DNA from: Terriglobia bacterium
GTDB taxonomy: Bacteria > Acidobacteriota > Terriglobia > 20CM-2-55-15
Assembly (NCBI GenBank): GCA_965262425.1
Contig: OZ253536.1
Span: 4,688,115 to 4,752,114 of the forward strand
Direction: 5' to 3'
Length of the DNA: 64,000 bases
Shown: in pieces, positions 27,356 through 37,908 of the stretch
Numbering within the stretch: the stretch's first letter is position 1
How the letters are laid out: each line of letters opens with the position of its first letter
The notes under the pieces: model-generated
Seen by the model: the letters and a program-made list of their open reading frames with translations, nothing else
What the model was told of the DNA's origin: nothing
Databases searched by the model: none
Translations under genes and position numbers: made by a program

Positions 27356-28429
27356 CTAGGAGCCTGCGGCGGGCTGGGGGAGGGTTGTGGGTGGTTGGAC
27401 CTGCCAGCCTTCTCCGTCGAGGGCTTTCATGAACTCGACCAGGTCCGCTTTTTCCTGATCGGTCAGCCGCAGGGGCTTGATTTCCTGGTCCAGAGTTGGA
27501 TTTTCGAAGCCGCCCTCATCGTAGAAATCGACGACTTCCTCCAGAGTCCAGAATCGCCCGTCGTGCATATACGGCCTCGTGTACAGGATGTCGCGCAGGG
27601 TCGGGGTTTTGAAACGCCCGCGATCTTCCTCGTTCTGGGTCACGACGTATCGGCCCGCGTCCGGATTCTCCTCATCCATACCGACGCCGAGGTTGTGGTA
27701 TTGGTTGTCGGTGAGATTGAATCCCGCATGGCAGGCGGTGCAGTTGGACTTCTCCCGATCCTCGAACAGCGTCCAGCCACGCTGTGCCGACTCCGACAGA
27801 GCGTTCTGGTCGCCCGACATGAAACGATCCCACGCGGAGTTGCCGGATATGATCGTTCGCTCGAACGCCGCGATCGCGCGCCCGACGTTATCGATCGTGA
27901 TGTCGGGCGATCCGAAAATAGCCTCGAACTGTGCTTGGTAACCCGGTATGCCGTTCAACGTCGCTACGGCCCCACGGTGTGTGTTAGCCATCTCGATAGG
28001 ATTGGCGATGGGGCCGACGGCCTGTTCTTCCAGGTCCTTCGCCCGGCCATCCCAGAATACGCCAAGCTGGGCGTAGGCCAGGTTGATTACCGTTGGGGCA
28101 CTGCGACCACCTTCCTGCCCGGCGACACCCATGCTGACCGGCCGACCGTCCGTGAAACCGAGTACCGGATTATGACAAGTCGCGCAGCTCACCGTTCCGT
28201 CCGACGAGAGCCTGGGATCGAAGAATAATTGCTTGCCCAGTTCGACCTTAGCCGCCGTCATCGGGTTGTTTTCCGGGATCGGTGGAGCGGCACCGATTCC
28301 CAGCGGAAGGTCTATTTCCATGGGATCGTGCGCCCCGGGAGGGAACACGAAGGCCTGATCCGTTGTTTGTGGTTGGCAGGCCGTCACCAGTAATCCGGCC
28401 AGGATGATCACCTTGAAAGTCTTCGACAC
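27356..28429 (-). CDS. Di-heme cytochrome c peroxidase (CCP/MauG family) lipoprotein
   Basis: Two CxxCH motifs (CATCH, CTACH) and CCP-family motifs (FFDPRLS, FKTPTLRD). GTG start at 28429 with an AAGGAGG SD. Lipobox LLVTAC. It ends 22 nt upstream of the copA start. Confidence 0.85.
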   Translation of the reverse strand: MSKTFKVIILAGLLVTACQPQTTDQAFVFPPGAHDPMEIDLPLGIGAAPPIPENNPMTAAKVELGKQLFFDPRLSSDGTVSCATCHNPVLGFTDGRPVSMGVAGQEGGRSAPTVINLAYAQLGVFWDGRAKDLEEQAVGPIANPIEMANTHRGAVATLNGIPGYQAQFEAIFGSPDITIDNVGRAIAAFERTIISGNSAWDRFMSGDQNALSESAQRGWTLFEDREKSNCTACHAGFNLTDNQYHNLGVGMDEENPDAGRYVVTQNEEDRGRFKTPTLRDILYTRPYMHDGRFWTLEEVVDFYDEGGFENPTLDQEIKPLRLTDQEKADLVEFMKALDGEGWQVQPPTTLPQPAAGS

Positions 28430-28531
28430 AATAGCCTCCTTATAAAAAGGTATCAACTTCGTCTCCAGATTGATCTGAAGTGTATCGATACCCATCAGCG
28501 CCTGGCCTTATCCAACAATTCTACTGAACGT

Positions 28532-31303
28532 TCATGTACTCATCTGTCGCAGGACGTACTGCAGAATACCTCCGTGCCTGTAATACTGAATTTCGACAGG
28601 TGTGTCCAGCCGAGCCACCACCCCGAAACTCTTCTCGGAACCGGACTCATCTCGTGCGCGTACGATGAGTTTCTGTCGGGGTGACAGGCCCCCGGCGATC
28701 CCCTCGATATCAAAGCTCTCGAACCCGGTCAATCCAAGGCTTTCCCGGCCCTCTCCGTCGGCAAATTCCAGGGGGAGAACCCCCATGCCGATGAGGTTGC
28801 TCCGGTGGATTCGTTCAAAACTCTCCGTCAGCACCGCCCGAACGCCCAGCAGGCGGGTTCCCTTGGCAGCCCAGTCTCGCGAGGAACCGGATCCATATTC
28901 CTTTCCGGCGACGACGATGAGCGCGGTTCCTTCTTCCTTGTAGCGCATCGCCGCGTCATAGATGGCCATCTGTTCCTTTTCCGGAAGGTGGACGGTCCAC
29001 CCTCCTTCGGTGCCGGGCGCCATCTGATTGCGGAGTCGGATGTTTCCGAACGTGCCCCGCATCATCACTTCGTGATTGCCTCGCCGCGCTCCGAAAGAAT
29101 TGAAATCTCCCGGCTCGACCCCTTCGCTCAAGAGATACTCGCCGGCAGGGCTGTCCTTCGGAATCACGCCCGCCGGAGAGATGTGGTCGGTTGTGACCGA
29201 GTGTCCCAGCACAGCAAGCGCCCGGCCGTTCCGGATGTCCTCGAGGGCAGGCGCCTCGCGCGGCATGTCGTCAAAAAACGGCGGCCGCTTGACGTATGTG
29301 GAATCGTCATCCCACCCGTAAAGGTCAGTCGTGGCCGACTCCAGCGCATTCCAGCGTTCATCGCCCTGGAGCGATTCTTCGTAGGCTGTCCGGAACATTT
29401 CCGGCTGCAGGGCAGAGGCAATCGTGTCCCGGACTTCTTCGCCGGTCGGCCAGATGTCCGCGAGGAGAACCGGATTTCCGGCCGCGTCGAAACCCAGGGG
29501 CTCAACTGTCAGATCCACATCCATATTGCCGACGATCGCGTAGGCGACCACGAGCGGTGGTGATGCAAGATAATTGGCCCGGACCAGGGGACTGATCCGG
29601 CCCTCGAAATTACGGTTTCCGCTCAGGACGGACGTCGCGATCAGGTCGTGCTCCTCAATACCCGCGGCGATCGGATCAGGAAGGGGGCCGCTGTTGCCGA
29701 TACAGGTGGTGCACCCGTATCCGACGAGGTGAAACCGCAATGCTTCCAGGTCCGTCAGCAATCCGGTCTTCATCAGATAGTCGGTGACGACACGAGACCC
29801 GGGAGCCAGGCTCGTCTTGACCCAGGGGCGAACGGTCAGCCCCCGCTCGACGGCTTTCCGCGCCAACAGTCCTGCGGCGATCATCACCGAAGGATTCGAT
29901 GTGTTGGTGCAGCTGGTTATCGCTGCGATCACAACCGACCCGTGACCGATAGAAAACTCATCCTGGTCCAGCTTGATCGGAACGGATTTGACGAGCGCAG
30001 CCAGTGCGTCCGTTTCGGGAACGCCGCCCGAGGATGCCCGTGGCCCCTCGCCGGAATCGATCCAGTTCTCCACCCGGGCTTCACCCCCACCTCCACTCCC
30101 GTTCAGCATCGAGACCAGGACCCGGCGAAACCCGGACTTGGACTCCCTGAGGAGAATGCGATCCTGTGGCCTTTTGGGGCCTGCGATTGCGGGTTCAACC
30201 GTAGATAGGTCCAGTTCGAGCGAATCTCTGAAGATCGGGTCGGGCGTTTCAGGAGTTCGGAACAGGCCTTGAGCCTTCGAATATGTTTCGACGAGTTCGA
30301 TCGAGGCGGCATCACGGCCGGTCAACGTCAGATAGTTGAGCGTCTCGCTATCGACAGGGAAAAACCCGACGGTGGCGCCGTACTCCGGCGCCATATTCGA
30401 AATGGTCGCCCTGTCCGCCAGGGAAAGATGGTCGAGACCCGGTCCGAAGAATTCGACGAACTTTCCGACAACGCCTTTAGCTCGAAGCATCTGGACAACA
30501 AGAAGGACCGCGTCCGTCGCGGTCGACCCTTCCGGCAATTGACCGCTAAGCCTGAAGCCAACCACGTCCGGGATGAGCATGGACAGGGGCTGGCCGAGCA
30601 TGGCGCCCTCGGCTTCGATGCCGCCCACGCCCCAGCCGACGACACCCATGCCGTTGATCATTGTGGTGTGCGAATCGGTGCCGACGAGCGTGTCCGGGTA
30701 TGCAGTGACGTTTCCACCGTCCCGGTTCGAGAAGACGACATGCGCCAGATGTTCCAGGTTGACCTGGTGCACGATCCCGGTGTCGGGAGGCACGACACGG
30801 AAATTGTCGAACGCTTTCTGACCCCACTTGAGGAACAGGTAGCGTTCGCGATTCCGCTCCAGTTCGCGCTCCGCGTTGTATGCAAAGGCCGAAGCCGAGC
30901 CATACTGATCGACCTGAACGGAATGGTCCACCACAAGATCGACAGGTTGGAGGGGGTTGATCCGTTTGGGATCTCCTCCCATGTCTCGTATCACTTCGCG
31001 CATGGTCGCCAGATCGACTATGGCGGGGACGCCCGTAAAATCCTGCATCAAGACACGCGCCGGACGGAATGCGATCTCCCATTCGGATCGTGGACCGGAG
31101 ACCGATCCGGCGAGTGCGCGAATGTCTTCTGCCGAAACCGACTCCCCGTCTTCGTGACGCAGAAGGTTTTCCAACATGACCTTTAGAGAAAACGGCAGGC
31201 CGGACACACCATCAACGCCCGATTTCTCCAGCGCCTCCAGCGAAAAGTAGCGAAGGGGCTCGGTGCCCAGTTGAAGTGTGGACTCTGTTCCAAAGCTGTT
31301 CAT
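28532..31303 (-). CDS. acnA: Aconitate hydratase A
   Basis: 924 aa from the ATG at 31303 (MNSFGTESTLQ...) with aconitase family domains. The ORF-track extension to 31441 is rejected. Confidence 0.9.
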   Translation of the reverse strand: MNSFGTESTLQLGTEPLRYFSLEALEKSGVDGVSGLPFSLKVMLENLLRHEDGESVSAEDIRALAGSVSGPRSEWEIAFRPARVLMQDFTGVPAIVDLATMREVIRDMGGDPKRINPLQPVDLVVDHSVQVDQYGSASAFAYNAERELERNRERYLFLKWGQKAFDNFRVVPPDTGIVHQVNLEHLAHVVFSNRDGGNVTAYPDTLVGTDSHTTMINGMGVVGWGVGGIEAEGAMLGQPLSMLIPDVVGFRLSGQLPEGSTATDAVLLVVQMLRAKGVVGKFVEFFGPGLDHLSLADRATISNMAPEYGATVGFFPVDSETLNYLTLTGRDAASIELVETYSKAQGLFRTPETPDPIFRDSLELDLSTVEPAIAGPKRPQDRILLRESKSGFRRVLVSMLNGSGGGGEARVENWIDSGEGPRASSGGVPETDALAALVKSVPIKLDQDEFSIGHGSVVIAAITSCTNTSNPSVMIAAGLLARKAVERGLTVRPWVKTSLAPGSRVVTDYLMKTGLLTDLEALRFHLVGYGCTTCIGNSGPLPDPIAAGIEEHDLIATSVLSGNRNFEGRISPLVRANYLASPPLVVAYAIVGNMDVDLTVEPLGFDAAGNPVLLADIWPTGEEVRDTIASALQPEMFRTAYEESLQGDERWNALESATTDLYGWDDDSTYVKRPPFFDDMPREAPALEDIRNGRALAVLGHSVTTDHISPAGVIPKDSPAGEYLLSEGVEPGDFNSFGARRGNHEVMMRGTFGNIRLRNQMAPGTEGGWTVHLPEKEQMAIYDAAMRYKEEGTALIVVAGKEYGSGSSRDWAAKGTRLLGVRAVLTESFERIHRSNLIGMGVLPLEFADGEGRESLGLTGFESFDIEGIAGGLSPRQKLIVRARDESGSEKSFGVVARLDTPVEIQYYRHGGILQYVLRQMST

Positions 31304-31469
31304 GACTGATGTTCTTTCTCCCGCTGATTGGCTGATGGTATGTGGGCCGAACAGGTCCGCGAAGACGAGCCTGACGATCCGCACTCGGACCGAAGTTACA
31401 TTATATGCGCATACCGCCTCCCTTGAATTGGTCCAGACCATCTGCTAGCGTAAGTCCTTTGGTTTGACG

Positions 31470-31632
31470 CTAGGAGCCTGCGCGGCAGAAGGGATCGTAG
31501 CGAGAAAGTGGAGAATCGAGGCCAGATTTTCTCGTTTTGAGGCGAATAGTGGTTCTATTCAACGAAAAATCGGGGAAATATGGACCGATTATACCGCTTT
31601 CGCAGTAGATCTCTTCTGCCGCGCAGGCTCCT
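31470..31632 (+). mobile_element. MITE-like repeat family 1, copy B
   Basis: Same TIR and internal sequence as copy A, with a few substitutions. It lies upstream of the gamma-CA-like gene and downstream of acnA. Confidence 0.7.
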
Positions 31633-31668
31633 CGTTTCCCGTCGTCAAACCGGGATCTCCGGAGGCTC

Positions 31669-32190
31669 ATGCTTCACGAATACAAGGGCGTGCGGCCGAC
31701 ACTGGGTGAGGGTGTCTTTGTCGCGCCAGGCGCTCACGTGATTGGCGACGTAGAGATTGGCGACCACTCCAGTATCTGGTTCAACACCGTGGTTCGCGGC
31801 GACGTCGACTACATTCGAATCGGACATCGGACGAACATACAGGATGGTTCGATTTGTCACGGCATGTTGGATGAATGCCCCGTGATCCTGGGTGACTTTG
31901 TGACCGTCGGTCACGGTGCCATCCTGCACGGTTGCACTGTGGAATCCCACTGCTTGATCGGAATGGGCGCGACGATCATGAACAATGTGCGTGTCGGAGC
32001 GGGATCGATCGTCGCTGCGCGGGCGCTGTTGACGGAAAACACCGAGATCCCGCCCAGGAGCCTGGTTTAGGGAGCTCCCGGTAGAGTGAAGAGGGCGTTG
32101 ACGGAAGAAGAAATCGCCGGCATCGACGAATATGCCTGGCGGTATTGCCGGTACAAGGACGCGTACCTGGCCGGTCCTGATAAGCGATGA
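31669..32190 (+). CDS. Gamma-class carbonic anhydrase family protein (PaaY/YrdA-like hexapeptide-repeat protein) interrupted by one in-frame TAG at 32068-32070
   Basis: Left-handed beta-helix hexapeptide repeats up to ...IPPRSLV*. The same frame continues as GAPGRVKRALTEEEIAGIDEYAWRY..., matching the conserved family C-terminus. It ends with a TGA overlapping the hisS ATG as ATGA. Confidence 0.7.
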
Positions 32191-33437
32191 TCAAATTGGT
32201 TCGTGGTACCTACGACATCCTCCCGCCCGACATCCATATCTGGCACGCCATCGAGGCGGAAATGAGGGCTGTGTTCGAATCGTACTCGTTTAACGAGATC
32301 CGTACCCCAATCTTCGAGTCGACCGAACTGTTCGTCCGGGGAGTCGGGGAAGAAACCGATATCGTTTCGAAAGAGATGTACACGTTCAAGGACAAGGACG
32401 AGAAGACCTCTTTGACTCTCAGGCCCGAGGGAACAGCGCCAGTTGTCCGCTCCTACATTGAACACCATCTTTCTGATGAATCCAGGATGATCAAGCTCTA
32501 CTACATCGGTGCGATGTTCCGTCGGGAACGACCCCAGAGGGGCCGTTTCCGGCAGTTTTATCAGGCCGGAGTGGAGGTTCTTTCTCCCAACGACAACCCC
32601 GCCATCGAGGCGGAGGTTGTCGAAATGCTCATGCTGCTGTTCGAGCGGCTGGAAGTTTCGTCGCTGGACCTGGCTGTGAATTCGATCGGGTGCCGGGAAT
32701 GTCGGCCCTCATACATCGAGAAGCTGCGGAGCGAAATCCGCGGGCGCCGTGAAGGTTTGTGTGAGGACTGTCGCAACCGGGGTGAGAAGAATCCACTGCG
32801 TGTCTTCGACTGCAAAGTGAAATCCTGCCAGGCGCTGATAGGGGAGCTGCCGACGATTACCGACAACCTCTGTCAGGAGTGCAGGGAGCACTTCTCCGGA
32901 TTTCGCGCGTACCTGGATGAAAGAGAGATCCCGTACCGGGTGGAGCCCCGGCTCGTCCGAGGCCTGGACTATTACATGCGAACGACGTTCGAGATACTTT
33001 CTTCCAGCCTGGGGGCTCAGGACACTCTGGTGGGAGGCGGCCGCTACGATGGCCTCAGCGAAGACCTGGGCGGTCCCCCGACTAACGGGTTTGGTTTCGC
33101 GATGGGGCTTGAGCGGTTGATCCTGTCGATTCCGGAGCCCGAAAAGCTGGCGCCGGGACCCGGCCCGGCCTATTTCCTGGCGACAATGGGCGAGGACGCA
33201 TTCCGGTACGCCACGCTTCTGGCACGCAAATTGCGAAAGGCAGGCTGTTCGGTCTATCTGGATTTCGCCGGGCGCAGCCTCAAGAGCCAGATGAGATTGG
33301 CAGGGAAGCTCGGTGCAGCTCAAGTTGTCATGATAGGTGAAAACGAGATCAAGTCCGGGACCCTCATCGTTCGGGACATGAACACCCGGGAGCAAAGGGA
33401 GTTGAGCGAGTCTGAACTGATGGAGACGGGCTGCTAG
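32187..33437 (+). CDS. hisS: Histidine--tRNA ligase
   Basis: 416 aa with class II aaRS motifs and an HisRS-specific N-terminus MIKLVRGTYDILP. Confidence 0.9.
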   Translation: MIKLVRGTYDILPPDIHIWHAIEAEMRAVFESYSFNEIRTPIFESTELFVRGVGEETDIVSKEMYTFKDKDEKTSLTLRPEGTAPVVRSYIEHHLSDESRMIKLYYIGAMFRRERPQRGRFRQFYQAGVEVLSPNDNPAIEAEVVEMLMLLFERLEVSSLDLAVNSIGCRECRPSYIEKLRSEIRGRREGLCEDCRNRGEKNPLRVFDCKVKSCQALIGELPTITDNLCQECREHFSGFRAYLDEREIPYRVEPRLVRGLDYYMRTTFEILSSSLGAQDTLVGGGRYDGLSEDLGGPPTNGFGFAMGLERLILSIPEPEKLAPGPGPAYFLATMGEDAFRYATLLARKLRKAGCSVYLDFAGRSLKSQMRLAGKLGAAQVVMIGENEIKSGTLIVRDMNTREQRELSESELMETGC

Positions 33438-33598
33438 GAGTCTGCGCGGGAGAAGGGATCGTGGCGAGAAAGTGGAGAATCGAGGCCAGATTTTCTCGAT
33501 TTTGAGGCGAATAGTGGTTCTATTCAACGAAAAATCGGGGAAACATGGACCGATTATGCCGCTTTCGCAGTAGATTCCTTCTGCCGCGCAGGCTCCTA
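33434..33598 (+). mobile_element. MITE-like repeat family 1, copy C (the TIR begins inside the hisS stop codon)
   Basis: ctaggagtctgcgcgggagaag...cttctgccgcgcaggctcct. The TAG of hisS is the CTAG of the TIR. Confidence 0.7.
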
Positions 33599-33612
33599 CG
33601 GAAGTACTGGAA

Positions 33613-35367
33613 ATGAAGAGAACCCATAGTTGTGGAGAGTTGACCGCGGCCGATGCGGGAAAAGAAGTTGTGCTCATGGGGTGGGTGAACCGGCGGCGGG
33701 ACCACGGCCAGCTTGTTTTCATAGATCTGCGTGACAGAGAGGGCATTACCCAGGTCGTCCTGCACCCGGAACGCGACGCCGACGCCCACGGGCAGGCCAA
33801 GCGATTGCGTTCCGAGTTCGTGATCGCCGTGCGGGGAAAGGTTTCCCTGAGGGATGGGGAACTGGCCAACCCCAGCTTGAAGACCGGTGAGATCGAAGTG
33901 GACGTCGAGCGGGTCGATGTTTTCAGTGAGGCCCGGACCACGCCCTTTCCGATCGAGGACGACATTTCAACCTCCGAAGATCTGCGACTGAAATACCGTT
34001 ACCTCGATCTGCGCCGCCCGCAGATGCAGGCCAATTTCCATCTTCGGCATCAGGTCATGATGGCGATTCGCGCCTATATGGATCGGGAGGGATTCTGGGA
34101 GGTCGAGACCCCCTTCCTGACGAAGTCGACTCCGGAGGGTGCGAGAGACTATCTGGTTCCCAGCCGGCTCTCCCACGGTAACTTCTATGCCTTGCCGCAA
34201 TCGCCACAGATCTTTAAGCAGATCCTGATGGTTTCCGGCTTTGAAAAGTATTTCCAGATCGTCCGATGCTTTCGCGACGAAGACCTCCGTGCCGACAGAC
34301 AGCCCGAGTTTACTCAAATCGACGTCGAGATTTCCTTTCCGGACGTGGATGATTTCTTTGCTGTGATGGAAGGCTTGATGGTCGAAGTGTTCAAAGTGAA
34401 AGGCCTCGAGATCGAGTGTCCATTTCCCCGAATGAGCTATGACGACGCGATGGACCGTTACGGCTCAGACAAACCCGACACCCGTTTCGGAGTCGAGTTG
34501 CAGGACTTTACCGAAGTATTTCGCGAAGCGGAACCGTCCTTGTTCCGGGATATCGTTGAGGGGGGCGGTACCGTTCGGGGTCTGCTAGCGCCGGTGTCCT
34601 ACTCTCGCCGGATACTGGATGAAATCGACACTTTCGTAAAGCACCTGGGCGGTGCGGGCGTGGCGTGGTTGAAAGTGACCGATGAGGGGACCAGTGCGGT
34701 TCCACCAATCAAAAAAGCGGGTGCCGCGGCCATCGAGGCCCTCTTGACCAAGGCTCGGGCGCGTCCTGGAGAGACGGTTTTCATGGTTGCGGGGAACCGG
34801 GGCGATGTCCTTCCCACGATGGGCGCACTGAGGTTGGAACTGGCCCGCCGCGAGGGCTGGATTCCTTCGGGCAAATGGAATTTTTTGTGGGTGGTAGACT
34901 TTCCGCTCTTCGAATTCGATTCCACCGAGAATCGCTGGGCGTCCACGCACCATCCATTCACTTCCCCGGTCGCCGAAGATCTTTCCATCCTGGAGAGTGA
35001 CACCGGCAAAGTCCGCGCTCAGGCTTACGACATGGTTCTCAACGGGGTGGAATGTGGCGGCGGTTCGATCAGGATTCACCAGAGTGAAGTTCAGGCGCAA
35101 ATCTTCAAGCTGCTGGGGCTTGACGAAGAGGAGGCGGCCGAGAAATTTGGTTTCTTTCTCGAGGCTCTGGAATACGGAACCCCGCCCCACGGCGGGATCG
35201 CGCTCGGCCTCGATCGAATCATCATGCTGCTGGCCGGAGGCCAATCGCTCCGCGACGTGATTGCCTTCCCCAAGACGGCCCGGGCGGTCGATCTGATGAG
35301 TGGCTCGCCGTCGAGGGTAGGCGACCAGCAACTCAAGGAACTGGGAATACGAACCCGGAAGAGTTGA
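33613..35367 (+). CDS. aspS: Aspartate--tRNA ligase
   Basis: 584 aa with an OB-fold N-terminus, class II motifs, and a GGGSIRIH / LGLDR C-terminal region typical of bacterial AspRS. Confidence 0.95.
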   Translation: MKRTHSCGELTAADAGKEVVLMGWVNRRRDHGQLVFIDLRDREGITQVVLHPERDADAHGQAKRLRSEFVIAVRGKVSLRDGELANPSLKTGEIEVDVERVDVFSEARTTPFPIEDDISTSEDLRLKYRYLDLRRPQMQANFHLRHQVMMAIRAYMDREGFWEVETPFLTKSTPEGARDYLVPSRLSHGNFYALPQSPQIFKQILMVSGFEKYFQIVRCFRDEDLRADRQPEFTQIDVEISFPDVDDFFAVMEGLMVEVFKVKGLEIECPFPRMSYDDAMDRYGSDKPDTRFGVELQDFTEVFREAEPSLFRDIVEGGGTVRGLLAPVSYSRRILDEIDTFVKHLGGAGVAWLKVTDEGTSAVPPIKKAGAAAIEALLTKARARPGETVFMVAGNRGDVLPTMGALRLELARREGWIPSGKWNFLWVVDFPLFEFDSTENRWASTHHPFTSPVAEDLSILESDTGKVRAQAYDMVLNGVECGGGSIRIHQSEVQAQIFKLLGLDEEEAAEKFGFFLEALEYGTPPHGGIALGLDRIIMLLAGGQSLRDVIAFPKTARAVDLMSGSPSRVGDQQLKELGIRTRKS

Positions 35368-35391
35368 TGCCTCTTCGGCGTCACGTCAGTT

Positions 35392-35487
35392 TCTTTTCAA
35401 CACGAAGACACGAAGTCACAAACGAAAGTTGAATTTCATTAAGCCTGATTCCTTCTTCGTGCCCTTCGTGCCTTCGTGTTGAAAAGA
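35392..35487. repeat. Palindromic extragenic element, family CGAAGGCACGAAG (copy 2)
   Basis: tcttttcaacacgaagacacgaag ... cttcttcgtgcccttcgtgccttcgtgttgaaaaga. It lies immediately 3' of aspS. Confidence 0.6.
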
Positions 35488-35533
35488 ATGTTCCGGTGTG
35501 AGGAGCCTTTCGGTAAACGAACGGACGTGGCTT

Positions 35534-37348
35534 ATGTCCAAGATACAGGTATTGCCTGACGTAGTTGCCAACCAGATCGCTGCGGGTGAGGTGGTCGAGC
35601 GGCCGGCGTCGATCGTCAAGGAACTGATCGAGAACTCCATCGATGCCGGTGCGGGCAAGATTTTCGTCGAAGTTCGTGGTGGCGGCAGATCCCTCATTCG
35701 CGTGATCGACGACGGAAATGGCATGAGCCGGGAAGATGCGGCGCTCTGTTTCCAGCGACACGCAACCAGCAAACTTCAGGACTCGAAAGATCTGCTTTCG
35801 ATCCGGACATTAGGTTTTCGAGGCGAGGCCTTGCCCTCGATAGCGTCTGTTGCCAGGGTTCGCCTGGAGACCCAGCTTCGGGATACCGACGTCGGTACGT
35901 CCGTAGAGGTGGCGGCGGGTGAGGTCCTTTCCATTAAGGAGGATGCTTTTCCCGAGGGCACCCAGATCACTATCGAGGACGTTTTCTATAACGTCCCCGC
36001 CCGGAGTAAATTCCTGAAGTCGGAATCTTACGAACTCAGCCGGGTCACGTCCTTATGCACCCACTTCGCGCTCGCGTTTCCCGGAATTCACTTTGTGTTG
36101 AAGAGCGGAAACTTCGAGATCCTGTCGGCCCCGACCGCGACCGGCTATCGCGACCGAATATTTCAGGTGTTCGGACAGGACCTCCTGGACGAATTAGTCG
36201 AGTACCAGAAGGACTGCGGCCCCGGGCTCAAGATTCACCTTTTCACGTCTCGACCCCACGTCCAGAAGTACAACCGGAACTCGATGTTCTTTTTCGTCAA
36301 CCGCCGTGTCGTGAGGGACAAGATCATATCGCACGCCTTTAGCGAGGCTTATCGCAGCATCCTTCCTTCCGGCACTTTTCCCGTTGCGATGTTGTTCGTC
36401 GAGGCGCGTCCAAAGGACGTGGATGTGAACGTCCATCCCGCCAAGACGGAAGTTCGGTTCCGTCAGGGATCACTGATTCACGATGCGATTCGAAACACGG
36501 TGGCCGACGCCCTGACCTCGGACAAGACCATCGTTCCAATGGAAGAGGGCACTGCCGGGGCGTCACTGTATCGCGCTCCGGAGTTCAAGCCCCGGGTGCC
36601 GACTTCCTGGAGTGGAGGCCCGCTCGCGAAAGAGCCGATTGCCGATTCTCCCGCGGCGCTGACTTATTCCGAAGGGAGGGTTCTGGCTTTCGACTTCCAG
36701 CAGGGACAGACGGTGACGGGGGGGGATGCGGCCCCTGGGACCGGCTCCCCGCGCGATTTCGAATTGGTCCGGAGCGAGATTCGGCCTCTGGGCCAACTCC
36801 AGGACAGTTTCATCATCGCCGCAGACTCTTCAGGTCTGGTTGTCATCGACCAGCATGTGGCCCACGAACGCGTTCTGTTCGAGGCGTACATTCGTGAACG
36901 TGCCGACGAGCAGGTCCAGGTGCAACAGCTCTTGATGCCGATCCTGATTGAGTTAAGCCCCGCTCAGGAGGTCCTGATTGAAGCCCTGAAGCCGGAGCTG
37001 GACCGAAACGGTTTCGAGGTGGAACCGTTTGGGGGGCGGACTCTGGCAGTGAAAACAGCCCCTGCCATCCTGAAGGCCGGGGCTGTTGAAAAGCTCGTCC
37101 GCGAACTGCTGGACGGTCTGGAACGCGAACATCAGGGCTTGAGCATCGACCATTTTCGCAAGAAAATTGCGGCTACGGTGGCCTGTCATGCAGCAATCAA
37201 GATCAACAATCCGCTCGATGGTGTTAAGATGCGATGGCTGGTTACGGAGCTGATGAAAACAGATGTTCCGACGGTTTGTCCCCATGGCCGTCCGATCATC
37301 GTGAGATACGATCTTCGGGAGATACATAAGGCGTTCAAGCGTTCTTGA
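35534..37348 (+). CDS. mutL: DNA mismatch repair protein MutL
   Basis: GHKL ATPase N-terminus (IAAGEVVERPASIVKELIENSIDAGA), MutL transducer, and a C-terminal dimerisation domain. ATG at 35534. Confidence 0.9.
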   Translation: MSKIQVLPDVVANQIAAGEVVERPASIVKELIENSIDAGAGKIFVEVRGGGRSLIRVIDDGNGMSREDAALCFQRHATSKLQDSKDLLSIRTLGFRGEALPSIASVARVRLETQLRDTDVGTSVEVAAGEVLSIKEDAFPEGTQITIEDVFYNVPARSKFLKSESYELSRVTSLCTHFALAFPGIHFVLKSGNFEILSAPTATGYRDRIFQVFGQDLLDELVEYQKDCGPGLKIHLFTSRPHVQKYNRNSMFFFVNRRVVRDKIISHAFSEAYRSILPSGTFPVAMLFVEARPKDVDVNVHPAKTEVRFRQGSLIHDAIRNTVADALTSDKTIVPMEEGTAGASLYRAPEFKPRVPTSWSGGPLAKEPIADSPAALTYSEGRVLAFDFQQGQTVTGGDAAPGTGSPRDFELVRSEIRPLGQLQDSFIIAADSSGLVVIDQHVAHERVLFEAYIRERADEQVQVQQLLMPILIELSPAQEVLIEALKPELDRNGFEVEPFGGRTLAVKTAPAILKAGAVEKLVRELLDGLEREHQGLSIDHFRKKIAATVACHAAIKINNPLDGVKMRWLVTELMKTDVPTVCPHGRPIIVRYDLREIHKAFKRS

Positions 37349-37474
37349 CCGACAAAGGTGACTGGGCCGGTATTGGTCATAACGAATGATCTGTGGTTTG
37401 GCGCAAGCGTTAGCTTTGATTTTCCTCAGCAATCACGATAGTCTCTACACTTACTTTTACTAGGAGGATTCTGT

Positions 37475-37777
37475 ATGGCAGGTAAGATGACGCAGACTCA
37501 GATAATCGCCGCCATGGCGGAGAAGGCGGATGTCAGTAAGAAGGAAGCTAAAGCCTTCATCACTGCTCTCTCCGAACTGGCCCACAAAGAAACTAAGAAG
37601 AACGGTGAGTTTACGTTTCCCGGCGTCGGCAAGCTTGTGAAGCAGAAAAGAAAAGCGCGTACGGGACGAAATCCCGCGACGGGCGAAGCGATCAAGATCC
37701 CCGCCAAGACCGTGCTGAAGTTCCGAATCGCCAAGGCAGCGAAGGACGCGGTTCTGGGCGTCAAGAAAAAGAAGTAA
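37475..37777 (+). CDS. hup: HU/IHF-family nucleoid-associated DNA-binding protein
   Basis: 100 aa with the GFGKF-type arm ...FPGVGKLVKQKRKARTGRNPATGEAIKIPAK... GGAGGA SD. Confidence 0.9.
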   Translation: MAGKMTQTQIIAAMAEKADVSKKEAKAFITALSELAHKETKKNGEFTFPGVGKLVKQKRKARTGRNPATGEAIKIPAKTVLKFRIAKAAKDAVLGVKKKK

Positions 37778-37808
37778 TCGGCTACTTCGACCGGGGTTCG
37801 CAAAGTTT

Positions 37809-37862
37809 GGATTCGCGGGAACCGACCCGTTGGGAGCGTGTTCCCGCGAATCTGTTTTCGTT
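37809..37862 (+). terminator. Probable intrinsic terminator of hup (stem attcgcgggaa / ttcccgcgaat, followed by ctgttttcgtt)
   Basis: 11-bp stem with a 19-nt loop and a T-rich tail, 30 nt after the hup stop. Confidence 0.45.
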
Positions 37863-37908
37863 CGCCTTCGGGACCACGCCTGGGTCGACGGCCATCCCTC
37901 AATCCGAT

